Part shown: piece after piece, positions 49,714 through 64,000 of the stretch
How positions within the stretch are numbered: position 1 is the stretch's first letter
Layout of the letters: each line of letters begins with the position of its first letter
Source of the DNA: Phyllobates terribilis
Lineage: Eukaryota
DNA length: 64,000 nucleotides
Assembly (NCBI RefSeq): GCF_046119375.1
Contig: NW_027362769.1
Span: 368,962,001 to 369,026,000 of the forward strand
Reading direction: 5' to 3'
Made by a program: the position numbers and the translations under genes
Notes under the pieces: generated by a model
What the model was told of the DNA's origin: nothing
The model's database searches: none
The model's input: the letters and a program-made list of their open reading frames with translations, nothing else

Positions 49714-50707
49714 AGGGAACCTGTCACGTTGAAAATGTTCTCTGCTCTATAGGCAGGAGGCTACAGAGCAGGAGGGGCTGATCAGATTCATATTCATTTC
49801 TGTGGGAAAAGTTTCAGCAAAACTTGCAATTTAGCCCTAGAAATCGCTGGTGTTTGTATGGACACAAGTCCAGTGGGCAGTCCTAGTAGTGATTGACAGC
49901 CTTCCCTGTATGACTGTGCATGCAGAGGTAGATGTCATTCACTACTAGGACCACCCACTGGACTCAAATGCATGCAAACACCAAGGATTTCAGTGATTGT
50001 CAGTCTCCCCTGTAGGACTGTGCATGAAGATAGCTGTCAACCACAGAGTCGGACCGCCCACTGGACTCCTTTGTATACAAACAACAGGGATTTCAGTGAT
50101 TGTCAGTCTTCCCTATAGGACTGTGGATGCAGAGATAGCTGCCAGTCACTGTTGGGACCGCACACTGGACTCCTATGTATATAAACACCAGATATTTAAG
50201 TGATTGTCAGTCTTCCCTGCATGGCTGTGTATGTAAGAGAGCTGTCACTCACTACTAGGTCCGCCTACTGGACTGCTATGTATATAAACACCAGGGATTG
50301 TCAGTCTTCTGTGTAGGACTGTGCATGCAGAGATAGCTGTCAATCACTACTAGGTACGCCCACTGGACTGCTATGTATATAAACACCAGGGATTGTCAGT
50401 CTTCCCTGTAGGACTGTGCATGCAGAGATAGCTGTCAATCACTACTAGGTCCGCCCACTGGACTGCTATGTATATAAACACCAGGGATTGTCAGTCTTCT
50501 GTGTAGGACTGTGCATGCAGAGATAGCTGTCAATCACTACTAGGTCCGCCCACTGGACTGCTATGTATATAAACACCAGGGATTTCAGTGAATACATTAC
50601 AAATAATACTGAATCTTTTCCCACAAACCTATATATCATTCTGCTCAGCTTCTCTTATTCTGTGCTGTCCACAGATCGGACTGCATGTACAACATGACAG
50701 GTTCCCT
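49714..50707. mobile_element. T2/TTAA-type MITE containing an internal 95-bp tandem array (about 49990-50590)
   Basis: TTAA on both flanks (49710-49713, 50708-50711); TIR AGGGAACCTGTCA/TGACAGGTTCCCT; AAACACCAGG recurs at 50286, 50381, 50476 and 50571. Confidence 0.88.
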
Positions 50708-52494
50708 TTAAGCTCGCAGCGCGGTCTGCACGCAGACACAAAGGTGATATAGTGTACAATAGGGCGACTGCTGCTTATCTATGCAGAGCACAGACGGCGG
50801 CGGCTCAGCTGCTATTACAGGGTTACTCTGATTATTGCATCAGTGACGGTGTCAGACTTACTGCTGATATTACATCCATATAATCCTGCGGAGCACACCG
50901 CCCCGTCCTCACCGATCCTCCCACAATCGTTCACTCAGCTCAGCCAAATGCATGTTATTTCTATGGAGGGGATCAGCGGCAATCAGACGCCCCTTATCTG
51001 GGGGGGTAATATGGGTTAAATCCAACCTGTCCAGTCTGCAAATTTCACCCTCCAATAAGAGATACAGACACCTGGGGAAATCTGCCCAAAAAAACGACAT
51101 GGCCATATTGTATGTCTCGGGGGCAGCCTGAATTTACAATGTCAATCTATCGATCCCATCATCCAACCTTACAGTCAGATGCTGTACATCTTTATATACC
51201 TAATTACTGCTACTCACAGCTGTGGGATTGTTACAATGTATCCAAACTAAGAAGAAATAAAACCCTATATTATCTGAACTGGAATCCAGGTTCATGCATT
51301 TTACCATATTTTATCATTTCTTAAGAATGTCCAGGAGGCTCCCAGAAAAGGGGACCTGGACAGAAAAGGGGGTTGTTCTCATTTTTGGGGTAGGTTTGCA
51401 TTTACCTTCCCATTGATACATTGTAACAAACTATCAAAACAGTTGTATGAAGACTTGATTTGAGGGGTTTGAGCTCCTGTAAGCACCTGGGTCTGGGTAT
51501 AACTACAACCTCAACATCTCATTGGGCTATGTTCACAAGTTGCATTTTTGCTGCGTTTTTTTTATGCAAATTAAATGCTGTTTTTACAGTCCCAGTAAAA
51601 GATATGAGATTTCAGAAATCTCATGCACGCACTTGTTTGTTTTTTCCCCGAAAGAACTGGAAAACTGCAGCACGTCAATTCTTTCATTGTTTTTGCAGCG
51701 TTTTTTTTTCATCCATAGAAGCAATGAGAAAGTGAAAAATCACTGCAAAAACGCAACAGCATTTTTTACTTTCTTGTTGCACCTAAGACTCCTTGTGGGA
51801 ACACCGCCGTACAGTCAGAACATGCTGGGAGTTGTAGTTCGCAACGTCTGGAGAGCCACAGGTTACAGATCACTGCCCTGTAGGTATTATGCACCTGTAG
51901 ACAAAATTCTTGTGTGTGTTAATACAGTGACATGTTTATAATCCAGAATGTCCAATAATCTGGAGCAGAATTGAGGGAAACGGAGGAAAACCAAATAGGA
52001 AATATTGTGCTGAGATCTGACATGTCTTCCTGATTCTCTCTGCTGACAGCTTGTGTTGCAAATATAATCCTGAATATTTGATAGTCCGGCAGCTGTCAGG
52101 TCCAATTGATGGACCCCCGTCTCCCAAATGTCAGATAAGGCATGGTGCAATCCTTGTAGGAAACAACAGACTGTACCCAAGGTCAGATGATCTCTGGCCA
52201 AGGTGACTGGTCTACAGACTGAGGACTCTCATCAAATATGCGTGGTCTATGAAGGGTTAATGGTGGACTCCCAAAAGCATGTGTTGTTTTAGGACAGCTG
52301 ACCCTCATCATGCTGGGACTCAAGGTCACAACCAGCATCAGCCAAGAGATGACAGATTGTAGGGTCTAAACCTAAACTCTGCAAGAAATCTTATAAGATG
52401 GAAGATGCTACCGCCCTGCGCTCTGCATGGACATGAGAGATAATAGATACATATGAGATATATAGATGAATAGATAGATACATACAAAAGAGAA

Positions 52495-53290
52495 AAAAAT
52501 CAGCACCAGCAATGGATCCGGGTGCTGTGCCTCCCAGGTAAATACCAAAATATTTAGATTTGAGAGTCCTCAGTGGTTGATACCTTTTAATGGCTAACTG
52601 AAAAGATGGTAACAAATTGCAAGCTTTCAAGACTATTCATGTTAGGGTGCAGGCATAGTATACCACAAAATCTGAAGAGTCACATATTTATACACAATAA
52701 GACACACAAAAAATGCAATAGGTAAGACAGGTGATGAAAAGCAGAGTTATTATGGAAAATATATAACTCTGCTTTTCATCACCTGTCTTATCTATTGCAT
52801 TTTTTGTGTTTCTTATTGTGTATAAGTATGTGACTCTTCAGATTTTGTGTTATACTATGCCTGATGAAGAGACCTGAGTAGTCTCGAAAGCTTGCAATTT
52901 GTTACCATCTTTTCAGTTAGCCATTAAAAGGTATCAACCACTGAGGACTCTCACATCTACTGGCTAACACGGTACAAGAATATATATTTTCCCTATAGGT
53001 AAATACCAAACCTTCAATATAGTGAAAAAATTGGAAGCAGCACACTAACTTGTAAAGGTGAAAAAAAGTGCTATTTAATAGCCCATAATGGCGATGTTTC
53101 GGCTCCAAATGTGAGCCTTTCTCAAGCCTTGGAGCCGAAACGTTGCATCAGCCCTTATGGGCTAATAAATCACTCAAAGAGGAGTGCTGTCTTCATATTT
53201 TTGCATCTACTTAAAAGGTTTGGTATTTGCCTGGAGGACTTGCACCCATTCAGTATTGTATGCGGGCTGGTGCGGCTTCTTTTTTTTTCA
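52495..53290. mobile_element. Compound inverted-repeat remnant of a Penelope-like element with two minimal type-I hammerhead motifs
   Basis: 52562-52750 mirrors 52762-52953, and 52495-52550 mirrors about 53215-53290. Hammerhead cores at 52858-52896 (+) and 53090-53128 (-). The Penelope assignment is inferred from the known association of minimal hammerheads with PLEs. Confidence 0.7.
52858..52896 (+). ncRNA. Minimal type-I hammerhead ribozyme motif
   Basis: UGC-CUGAUGA-A-GAGAC[CUGAGUA]GUCUC-GAA-AGCU-U-GCA: intact core, 5-bp stem II, 3-bp stem I, palindromic AGCU stem III. Activity untested. Confidence 0.7.
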
Positions 53291-53323
53291 GATAGATATA
53301 TAGATAGATACAGGATAGGATAG

Positions 53324-53354
<31 letters not shown>

Positions 53355-53533
53355 GAATGGATTATATATAAGATAGATAATAGATAGATAATAGATAAAT
53401 TGATGGATAGATTATAGATAATATAGATAGATGATAGATAGATAATAGATAAATTGATGGATAGATTATAGATAATATAGATAGATGATAGATAAATAAT
53501 AGATAAATTGATGGATAGATTATAGATAATATA
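53291..53533. repeat. Complex (GATA)n/(TAGA)n microsatellite, continuing 55165-55470 beyond the transposon
   Basis: GATA-based low-complexity sequence with higher-order repeats on both sides of the Tc1 insertion. Confidence 0.95.
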
Positions 53534-55164
53534 CAGTACAGACCAAAAATTTGGACACACCTTCTCATTTAAAGATTTTTCTGTATTTTCATGACTATGA
53601 AAATTGTACATTCACACTGAAGGCATCAAAACTATGAATTAACATATGTGGAATTATATACTTAACAAAAAAGTGTGAAACAACTGATAACATGTCTTAT
53701 ATTCTAGGTTCTTCAAAGTAGCCACCTTTTGCTTTGATGACTGCTTTGCACACTCTTGGCATTCTCTTGATGAGCTTAAAGAGGTAGTCACCGGAAATGG
53801 TTTTCACTTCACAGGTGTGCCCTGTCAGGTTTAATAAGGGGGATTTCTGGCCTTAAAAATGGGGTTGGGACCATCAGTTGTGTTGTGCAGAAGTCAGGTG
53901 GATACACAGCTGATAGTCCTACTGAATAGACTGTTAGAAATTGTATTATGGCAAGAAAAAAGCAGCTAAGTAAAGAAAAACGAGTGGCCACCATTACTTT
54001 AAGAAATGAAGGTCAGTCAGTCCGAAAAATTGGGCAAACTTTGAAAGTGTCCCCAAGTGCAGTTGCAAAAACCATCAAGCGCTACAAAGAAACTGGCTCA
54101 CATGAGGACCGCCCCAGGAAAGGAAGACCAAGAGTCACCTCTGCTTCTGAGGATAAGTTTATCCGAGTCACCAGCCTCAGAAATCGCAGGTTAACAGCAG
54201 CTCAGATTAGAGACCAGGTCAATGCCACACAGAGTTCTAGCAGCAGACACATCTCTACAACAACTGTTAAGAGGAGACTTTGTGCAGAAGGCCTTCATGG
54301 TAAAATAGCTGCTAGGAAACCACTGCTAAGGACAGGCAACAAGCAGAAGAGACTTGTTTGGGCTAAAGAACACAAGGAATGGACATTAGGCCAGTGGAAA
54401 TCTGTGCTTTGGTCTGATGAGTCCAAATTTGAGATCTTTGGTTCCAACCACCGTGTCTTTGTGCGATGCAGAAAAGGTGAACTGATGGACTCTACTTACC
54501 TGGCTTCTACTGTGAAGCATGGAGGAGGAGGTGTGATGGTGTGGGGGTGCTTTGCTGGTGACACTGTTGGGGATTTATTCAAAATTGAAGGCATACTGAA
54601 CCAGCATGGCTACCACAGCATCTAGCAGCGGCATGCTATTCCATCCAGTTTGCGTTTAGTTGGACCATCATTTATTTTTCAACAGGACAATGACCCCAAA
54701 CACACCTCCAGGCTGTGTAAGGGCTATTTGACCAAGAAGGAGAGTGATGGGGTGCTACGCCAGATGACCTGGCCTCCACAGTCACCAGACCTGAACCCAA
54801 TCGAGATGGTTTGGGGTGAGCTGGACCCCAGAGTGAAGGCAAAAGGGCCAACAAGTGCTAAGCATCTCTGGGAACTCCTTCAAGATTGTTGGAAGACCAT
54901 TTCCGGTGACTACCTCTTGAAGCTCATCAAGAGAACGCCAAGAGTGTGCAAAGCAGTCATGAAAGCAAAAGGTGGCTACTTTGAAGAACCTAGAATATAA
55001 GACATATTTTCAGTTGTTTCACACTTTTTTTGTTAAGTATATAATTCCACATGTGTTAATTCATAGTTTTGATGCCTTCAGTGTGAATGTACAATTTTTA
55101 TAGTTATGAAAATACAGAAAAATCTTTAAATGAGAAGGTGTGTCCAAACTTTTGGTCTGTACTG
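53534..55164 (+). mobile_element. Tc1/mariner DNA transposon, DD38E type, full length (1631 bp), copy 2
   Basis: TA TSD (53532-53533, 55165-55166); TIRs 53534-53801 and 54896-55164; transposase 53948-55000 (350 codons) interrupted by one TTG>TAG stop at 54623-54625; WSDES, QQDND and PIEMVW triad intact. Confidence 0.97.
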
Positions 55165-55614
55165 TAGATAGATGATAGATAAATAATAGATAAATTGATG
55201 GATAGATTATAGATAATATAGATAGATAGATAGATAGATAGATACAGGATAGATAAATTGATGGATAGATTATAGATAGATACAGGATAGATAGATGATA
55301 GATAATAGTTAAATTGATGGATAGATTATAGATAATATAGATAGATGATAGATAGATACAGGATAGATAAATTGATGGATAGATTATAGATAGATACAGG
55401 ATAGATAGATAATAGATAGATAAATTGATGGATAGATTATAGATAATATAGATAGATAATATAGATAGATTTTTGCTATAGATATTGGGTGGATTTGGAT
55501 CTATAGATCTCTAGATAAATAATGAAGGTGATATTGGATATTGATGATGGACACAATTGTATCAATGTGCACAGGGAACCTCAGTAATGGAATTCAGTGT
55601 TTTTTGTGTCTTTG

Positions 55615-56646
55615 TGACGCGCCCCCTGGGCCTGTGCTGCTTCTGCTGCGCAGGGGGATACCCGGAGCCGGATCTGCTGGGGGTAGTAGTCCTCGTGGCG
55701 GTGACCCGGTCCGTGCCCAGGGTCAAACTAAGCGGCGGAGTTTAGTATAAGATGTTATAGTGTTCGACTACGCCACCCGTTGAATGCGGTTATGAAACCG
55801 CCGCTGCAGGGCAGACCGCTGAGGCCGGTGGTACGGTTGTGCAGCGTGGATAGTATAACCCCCAACGGGAGGGGTATGGCCTCAGGGCAGCGGACGTGGA
55901 TGATGGGGATAGTGGAATTGCTCGCAGGCAGCAGGAACCACTCAGAGACGGTGCGGTGTAGTTCAGGGTCTTTACTGGTGGCAAAGGTAGACCCTCCCGG
56001 GAGTACTGGCTAGCGATCGGGGCCTGGTCAGTCCGTGAGCAGATAGGATCTCCCCTGGCCAGGCGGAGTTGTAGGCCTCCCCACTAATTGTACTCTTCCT
56101 GGCTACCTTGCTAGAAGCGGGTAAAAGTAGCCCACGTCCCTGAGTGTACCGTGTGGTGCTCACCCGTATGGCCGGTGACTCGGGGCCTTCTGGTAGCCTC
56201 CGCTCCACGACAGCGGTGCTGGTCCCACGCGTGTGACCGTGCCTTCGGGTTTCTTGGCCAGAGGACCTGAAATCCCCTGCCAGTCGGTTTCTGCTGCTGG
56301 GTATGGCTCAGTCCCCACAGCCTCGGACTCCGTGTCCGGTGAGATCTCTTCAGCCAGGACGAGCTCTACAGCTTCCAGTCTCTGACCCCTTTTATCACTG
56401 CTCCCACAGAGCTCCTGATCTTGCTCTCCCTGTATCAGCTCCACTCCAGACCAGACTGTGTCTCTGTCTGGGACTCCTCTTCTTCTTAACCCCGCCTCAG
56501 CCCCAGTTTATATAGGGGAAGTTCTTCCCCTCCCAGGACTGGGCAGGAGATGTTGCATGCTTAGGATTCCTGACCAGGAGACCTCCCACCTGCTCACAGA
56601 CGTAATATTGCTATTACTGTGGTAACCAGACCCCTGGGGTTCCACA
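55615..56646 (-). mobile_element. Solo LTR (1032 bp) related to the LTRs at 12341-15875
   Basis: 4-bp TSD TTTG (55611-55614, 56647-56650). On the minus strand it starts TGTGGAACCCC and ends GGGGGCGCGTCA, with TATATAAA 56514-56507 and AGTAAA 55976-55971. It shares a 21-nt identical block with 13436-13456. Confidence 0.88.
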
Positions 56647-57669
56647 TTTGTGTCACAGACACTTATTTGCTTTTGGATTTCACACAGCAGCCCGGACCTG
56701 CGCCCAGAATTCATATTGTAACGAGGTGACGGCCTGTTCTGTTTTCTTGACATAAATGACAGATTAATAGATATATGATCGTTAAAATGAGAAAAAAAAA
56801 CAATTATTGTTGGAAATCTCCCATCATCTGTGCCGATCAGGAAACAAACCAGAGACCTCCCCTGGAATGACCTTCCATGAAGGACGTCCTTGGAGAATTG
56901 GATGTGTTGGGAGATTTCCCAACATGCTTTGCTCATTGACAGAATTTGGGAATTCTGGGGGAATTAGTTCTTTTGATCAGCCGAGGAGTTAATTAGTCAG
57001 TACCCATTAAAATATCTTGTTATTTGGCTGTAAGAACCCGAGCACATGGCAGGCGGGTGGCAAGAAAACCGCAAATCTAATGTGGAAAAGTGTTCTTGAA
57101 GCTGTTTTTCCCTCCACGGTGTGTTGCAGCCTTTTGACTTGTCAAGTCACTTCTTTTGTTCTGCAGCAAAGTTATCAAAATCTCTTTGAAATAAAACAGC
57201 TAAAAAATAATTCATAGTATGAATATTCCATTAAATTGAATAGGAAGAATTCAAAAATTGTCTGATGTTTTTTTTTTTCCGGAGGATTTGGGAACAGATC
57301 TAGTTCAAAATCCTCCTCAAAAACAATCTGTGTGACCCGAGCCTTGGTTCTTTCTTTCACAATGATCTTTGTAAACTTTGCAAACTTTTAAAAAGTGGCG
57401 GAAATTCTCTTCATTCAAATTGTAAGGCTTTGTGCACACAGAGGGATTTTTTGAACTGGTCAAAAATGACGATTTTTATGGTGGAAACTGGTTCAGAAAA
57501 TGCTCCTTTGAGAAGTTTTTGCCTTTTCTGAAGTTCTTTTGAGAAGTTTTTCTTTCAGGAGCCACTCGTGATGAGAAGTGACATGCACTTTCTTTATTTC
57601 CAGTAGGCGTTTTTCAACACCTGAAACAGGAGGAAAAAGAAAAGAAAATGTCTCAAAGGACTGAACATA

Positions 57670-58809
57670 CAGATGCATCTCAGTAAATTAGAATATCATC
57701 AAAAAGTTAATTTATTTCAGTTCTTCAATACAAAAAGTGAAACTCCTATATTATATAGCGTCATTACAAACAGAGGGATCTATTTCACGTGTTTATTTCT
57801 GTTAATGTTGATGATTATGGCTTACAGCCAATGGAAACACAAAAGTCATTATCTCAGTAAATTAGAATACTTCATAACAGCTTGAAAAATGTTTTTAAAA
57901 TCTGAAATGTTGGCCTACTGAAATGTCTGTTCAGTAAATGCCCTCAATACTTGGTCGGGCTCCTTCTGCATCAATTACTGCATCAATGTGGCATGGAGGC
58001 GATCAGCCTGTGGCACTGCTGAGGTGTTATGGAAGCCCAGGTTGCTTTGATAACAGCCTTCAGCTCATCTGCATTGTTGGGTCTGGTGTCCCTCATCTTC
58101 CTCTTGACAATACCCCATAGATTCTCTATAATAGATTCTCTATGGGGTTAAGGTCAGGCGAGTTTGCTGCCAATCAAGCACAGTGATACTGTTGTTTTTA
58201 TACCAGGTATTGGTACTTTTGGCAGTGTGGACAGGGGCCAAGTCCTGCTGGAGAATGACATTTCCATCTGCAAAAAGCTTGTCGGCAGAGTGAAGCATGA
58301 AGTGCTCTAAAATGTCCTGGTAGACGGCTGCGCTGACTTTGGTCTTGATAAAACACAGTGGACCTACACCAGCAGATGACATGGCTCCCCAAACCATCAC
58401 TGACTGTAGAGACTTCACACTAGACCTCAAGCAGCTTGGATTGTGGCCTCTCCACTCCTCCTCCAGACTCTGGGACCTTGTGGCGTGTCAGTGACTGCCT
58501 TCTGGACATCTGTCAAATCAGCAGTCTTTCCCATGATTGTGGAGCCTACCGAAACAGCCTAAGGGTCCTTTTTAAACACTTAGGAAGCCTTTGCAGGTGT
58601 TTTTTTGTTAATTATTTTAATTCACTGAGTTAATGACTTTTGTGTTTTCATTGGCTGTAAGCCATAATCATCATTAACAGAAATAAACACTTGAAATAGA
58701 TCACACTGTTTGTAATGACTCTATATAATATAGGAGTTTCACTTTTTGTATTGAAGAACTGAAATAAATTAACTTTTTGATGATATTCTAATTTAGTGAG
58801 ATGCACCTG
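57670..58809 (-). mobile_element. Internally deleted Tc1 transposon (DD34E, long IR/DR-type TIRs)
   Basis: TA TSD on both sides; about 200-bp TIRs starting CAG(A/G)TGCATCTCA..AAATTAGAATATCATC. Transposase remnant 58534-57944 (MGKTADL.. fused to ..SVMVWG..QQDLAPVH..DW(P)ANSPDLNPIE) has a large N-terminal deletion, a frameshift and a short duplication near 58118-58142. Confidence 0.92.
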
Positions 58810-60060
58810 TATGACCAGCAAAGTGATTTTACAATAGTAATGATCAGGAAGGTTCTAGCAATCATTTGTAAGTGATTTTTTTCTGGTGTTTATTAGAGTG
58901 CACCCACTCAAAAAAAAAAAAGCCTCATAACTCTGTGTGCACATAACAGTTAAGCTATGTTCACACTGCGTTTTTTTCAGGAATTTTTGGAGAACAATTT
59001 CTCCAAGTGTATGCACACAATGAGTCTTTTCTTGAGTTTTTGAAGAAGAAAATGGGCGAAAAAGAATTCTACAACAAAAAAATGTTTGGATTTACACCCA
59101 GTTACAGCTTTAAAAACTCAGCAAAAACACCCAAAGAGTGCACCTACCTCAACTCTCCAATTAAAGGTAGTGTTTATTGAACATCTCGTTTTTTTTTTTT
59201 TTTTTTTGAGTTTCTGCTCCAAAAACTCAGCAAAAAAAAAAAACCAACAAAACACAAAACTTTAGGTTATTTTATTTTTTTTTTGCAGTGGATCTATTCT
59301 TAAAAAAAAAAGCCTCAAAAATCACTTAAAGGATTCCATCGGGCTCTGCTTCACAAAATATTTTTCAAAACTTATTTAAAAAAATAAAAAGTTCAGAAAA
59401 ACTCCTCTCCTGTGCAGCAAAGTGGATTTTCCAGAGAAATTAATTGGAAGAGATTTGAAGAAGTTTTTAAAAGAGGATTTTGTGAAGGATCCACTACAAA
59501 AAAATCCAAAAAATAAAAAACCCTATGTGCACACATACGCTTTCACTTTCCCATATTAGGGTATGTTCACATGTTTTGACTCCAGTCTAATCCACAAGAA
59601 GACCCGCCGACCTTATTGTTCTTCTCACAGCACAGACAATATCGGCGCTGAGGTCACTGGATGCCATTGGCAGCACAAACAGCTTTTCTTTTGCCCCTTT
59701 GGGTTTCCGGTCATCCATGTAATATTTTTCATTGTGCCGTTCCTCTATTATTCCTCCTGGAAATGTATTCTTAAATCGATCACTGGATGTCCTGCAGCTT
59801 TGGGACGTGTCACCGCACACTACACAATGGGTGTTGAAAAGGTTATCCTATATCTCCAGGAGGAGTCGCAGAGGAACAACCAACGTTCTAGAAATATTAT
59901 TCTATAAACAAGCACAATAACCATTCATTTTCATTGCAGATGCTGCTTCTCCCCCTAAAAAAAAAATGACCCACGGGAAAGAAAGCATAAATGGGACTTG
60001 CACCAAAATGTGCACTGTCACTTTAAAAAGCCGTAATTCGTCGTAAAATGAGTGGGGGAT

Positions 60061-62989
<2,929 letters not shown>

Positions 62990-63493
62990 GTATTACTCAA
63001 TGTATACAGTATATACTCTGCTGTGTCTCCTCCTTTTTATCTGATGTGCCGTACCGTATACCTTTCCCATGTTTACAATTAAAGGGGGTTCTCCGTTAGC
63101 CAATAGGTAATGCTTATTTAAGAACGTACTGAATGTACTCAAATGTTGGGAAATAGATCATCTGTCCGTCCTAGTCATGATGTCCCATGGGGCACAGGGG
63201 CTGATATATTTCTGTACAGGGCGCCCATGAGCCAGGGCTATATTGAGATCTCTATGAATATATTCCTCCTGTGTGGATGATGTCTGTAAAGGCGCTCTGC
63301 CCAGTCCCCATCTCCAGCGTCCCCTGACCAGACCTCATGGATCTGAAAATTATATATATAATATCTGATTAATATGTCATCTTCAAAAAACTTGTGCACT
63401 GGGCGCAGTCATGGTGAACAGAAAAGGGTCTTCTTCAATCTGTTCCCACAAAGCTGGAAACGACAATTCTCCACAATGTCGTGTGCTGAAGTA

Positions 63494-63905
63494 TTAACCC
63501 CTTTACCCCCGAGGGTGGTTTGTGAAAATATCGGAAATTTGGCGAAAATTTAGAACATTTTGCAATTTTCAAAATGTGAATTTTCATGCCCTTAAATCAG
63601 AGAGATATGTCACACAAAATAGTTAATAAATAACATTTCCCACATGTCTACTTTACATCAGCACAATTTTGGAACCAAAATTTTTTTTTGTTAGGAAGCT
63701 ATAAGGGTTAAAAGTTGACCAGCGATTTCTCATTTTTCCAACAAAATTTACAAAACCATTTTTTTTTTTAGGAATCACATCACATTTGAAGTCACTTTGA
63801 GGGGTTTTTATGACAGAAAATACCCAAAAGTGACACCATTCTAAAAACTGCAGCCCCTCAATGTGCTCAAAACCACATTCAAGAACTTTATTAACCCTTC
63901 AGGTA
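63494..63905. mobile_element. Fragment of a TTAA-CCC (piggyBac-like) non-autonomous element; similar AT-rich body at about 38535-39560
   Basis: TTAACCCCTT start followed by an AT-rich interior resembling abundant frog non-autonomous DNA elements; recognition is from memory. Confidence 0.45.
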
Positions 63906-63906
63906 C

Positions 63907-64000
63907 CATAGTAACATAGTTTTTAAGGTTGAAGGAAGACTAAGTCCATCTAGTTCAACCCATAGCCTAACATGTTGATCCAGAGGAAGGCAACAAAAAA
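63907..64000 (-). mobile_element. 3' tail of a CR1-type LINE
   Basis: CATAGTAACATAGT (reverse complement of the ACTATGTT-type tandem tail) followed by a CR1-like 3' UTR; runs off the window. Confidence 0.6.

Noticed and set aside
50710-51100. Non-repetitive GC-balanced block with GATA and TAATCC motifs as a possible enhancer or exon
   Set aside because: Short motifs only; no splice or coding support, and conservation cannot be assessed here.
53288-53611. Ile/Tyr/Leu/Ser-rich ORFs
   Set aside because: Translations of GATA microsatellite sequence.
59587-59907. Coding-looking 77-114 aa ORFs just upstream of METTL26
   Set aside because: No recognisable domain, an upstream in-frame stop and no convincing splice partners. 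They could be part of a divergent non-coding transcript, but that is unsupported.

Overview
Vertebrate genomic DNA, almost certainly an anuran amphibian (inferred from the repeat families and gene orthologies), with three assembly gaps. I reconstructed four spliced genes by hand from GT-AG boundaries with consistent phases: the last six coding exons of CCNF (+), a complete 30-coding-exon ABCA3 (+, 1698 aa), a complete 5-exon MCRIP2 (-, 146 aa, largely hidden in the ORF track) and the first four exons of METTL26 (+). The rest is repeat-rich: two near-intact DD38E Tc1-type transposons, a deleted DD34E Tc1, many MITEs (hAT, Harbinger, TTAA/T2-type), Penelope-like foldbacks carrying hammerhead ribozyme motifs, and several minisatellites. 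The most striking item is a 3.5-kb LTR element (12341-15875, 4-bp TSD) with no gag or pol. Its only ORF encodes a coiled-coil plus cold-shock-domain protein. Its LTRs, like a related solo LTR at 55615-56646, carry a tRNA-Ser primer-binding-site sequence inside the LTR, about 140-160 nt before the TSD-defined end. All homology calls are from memory and eye alignment; no searches were run.
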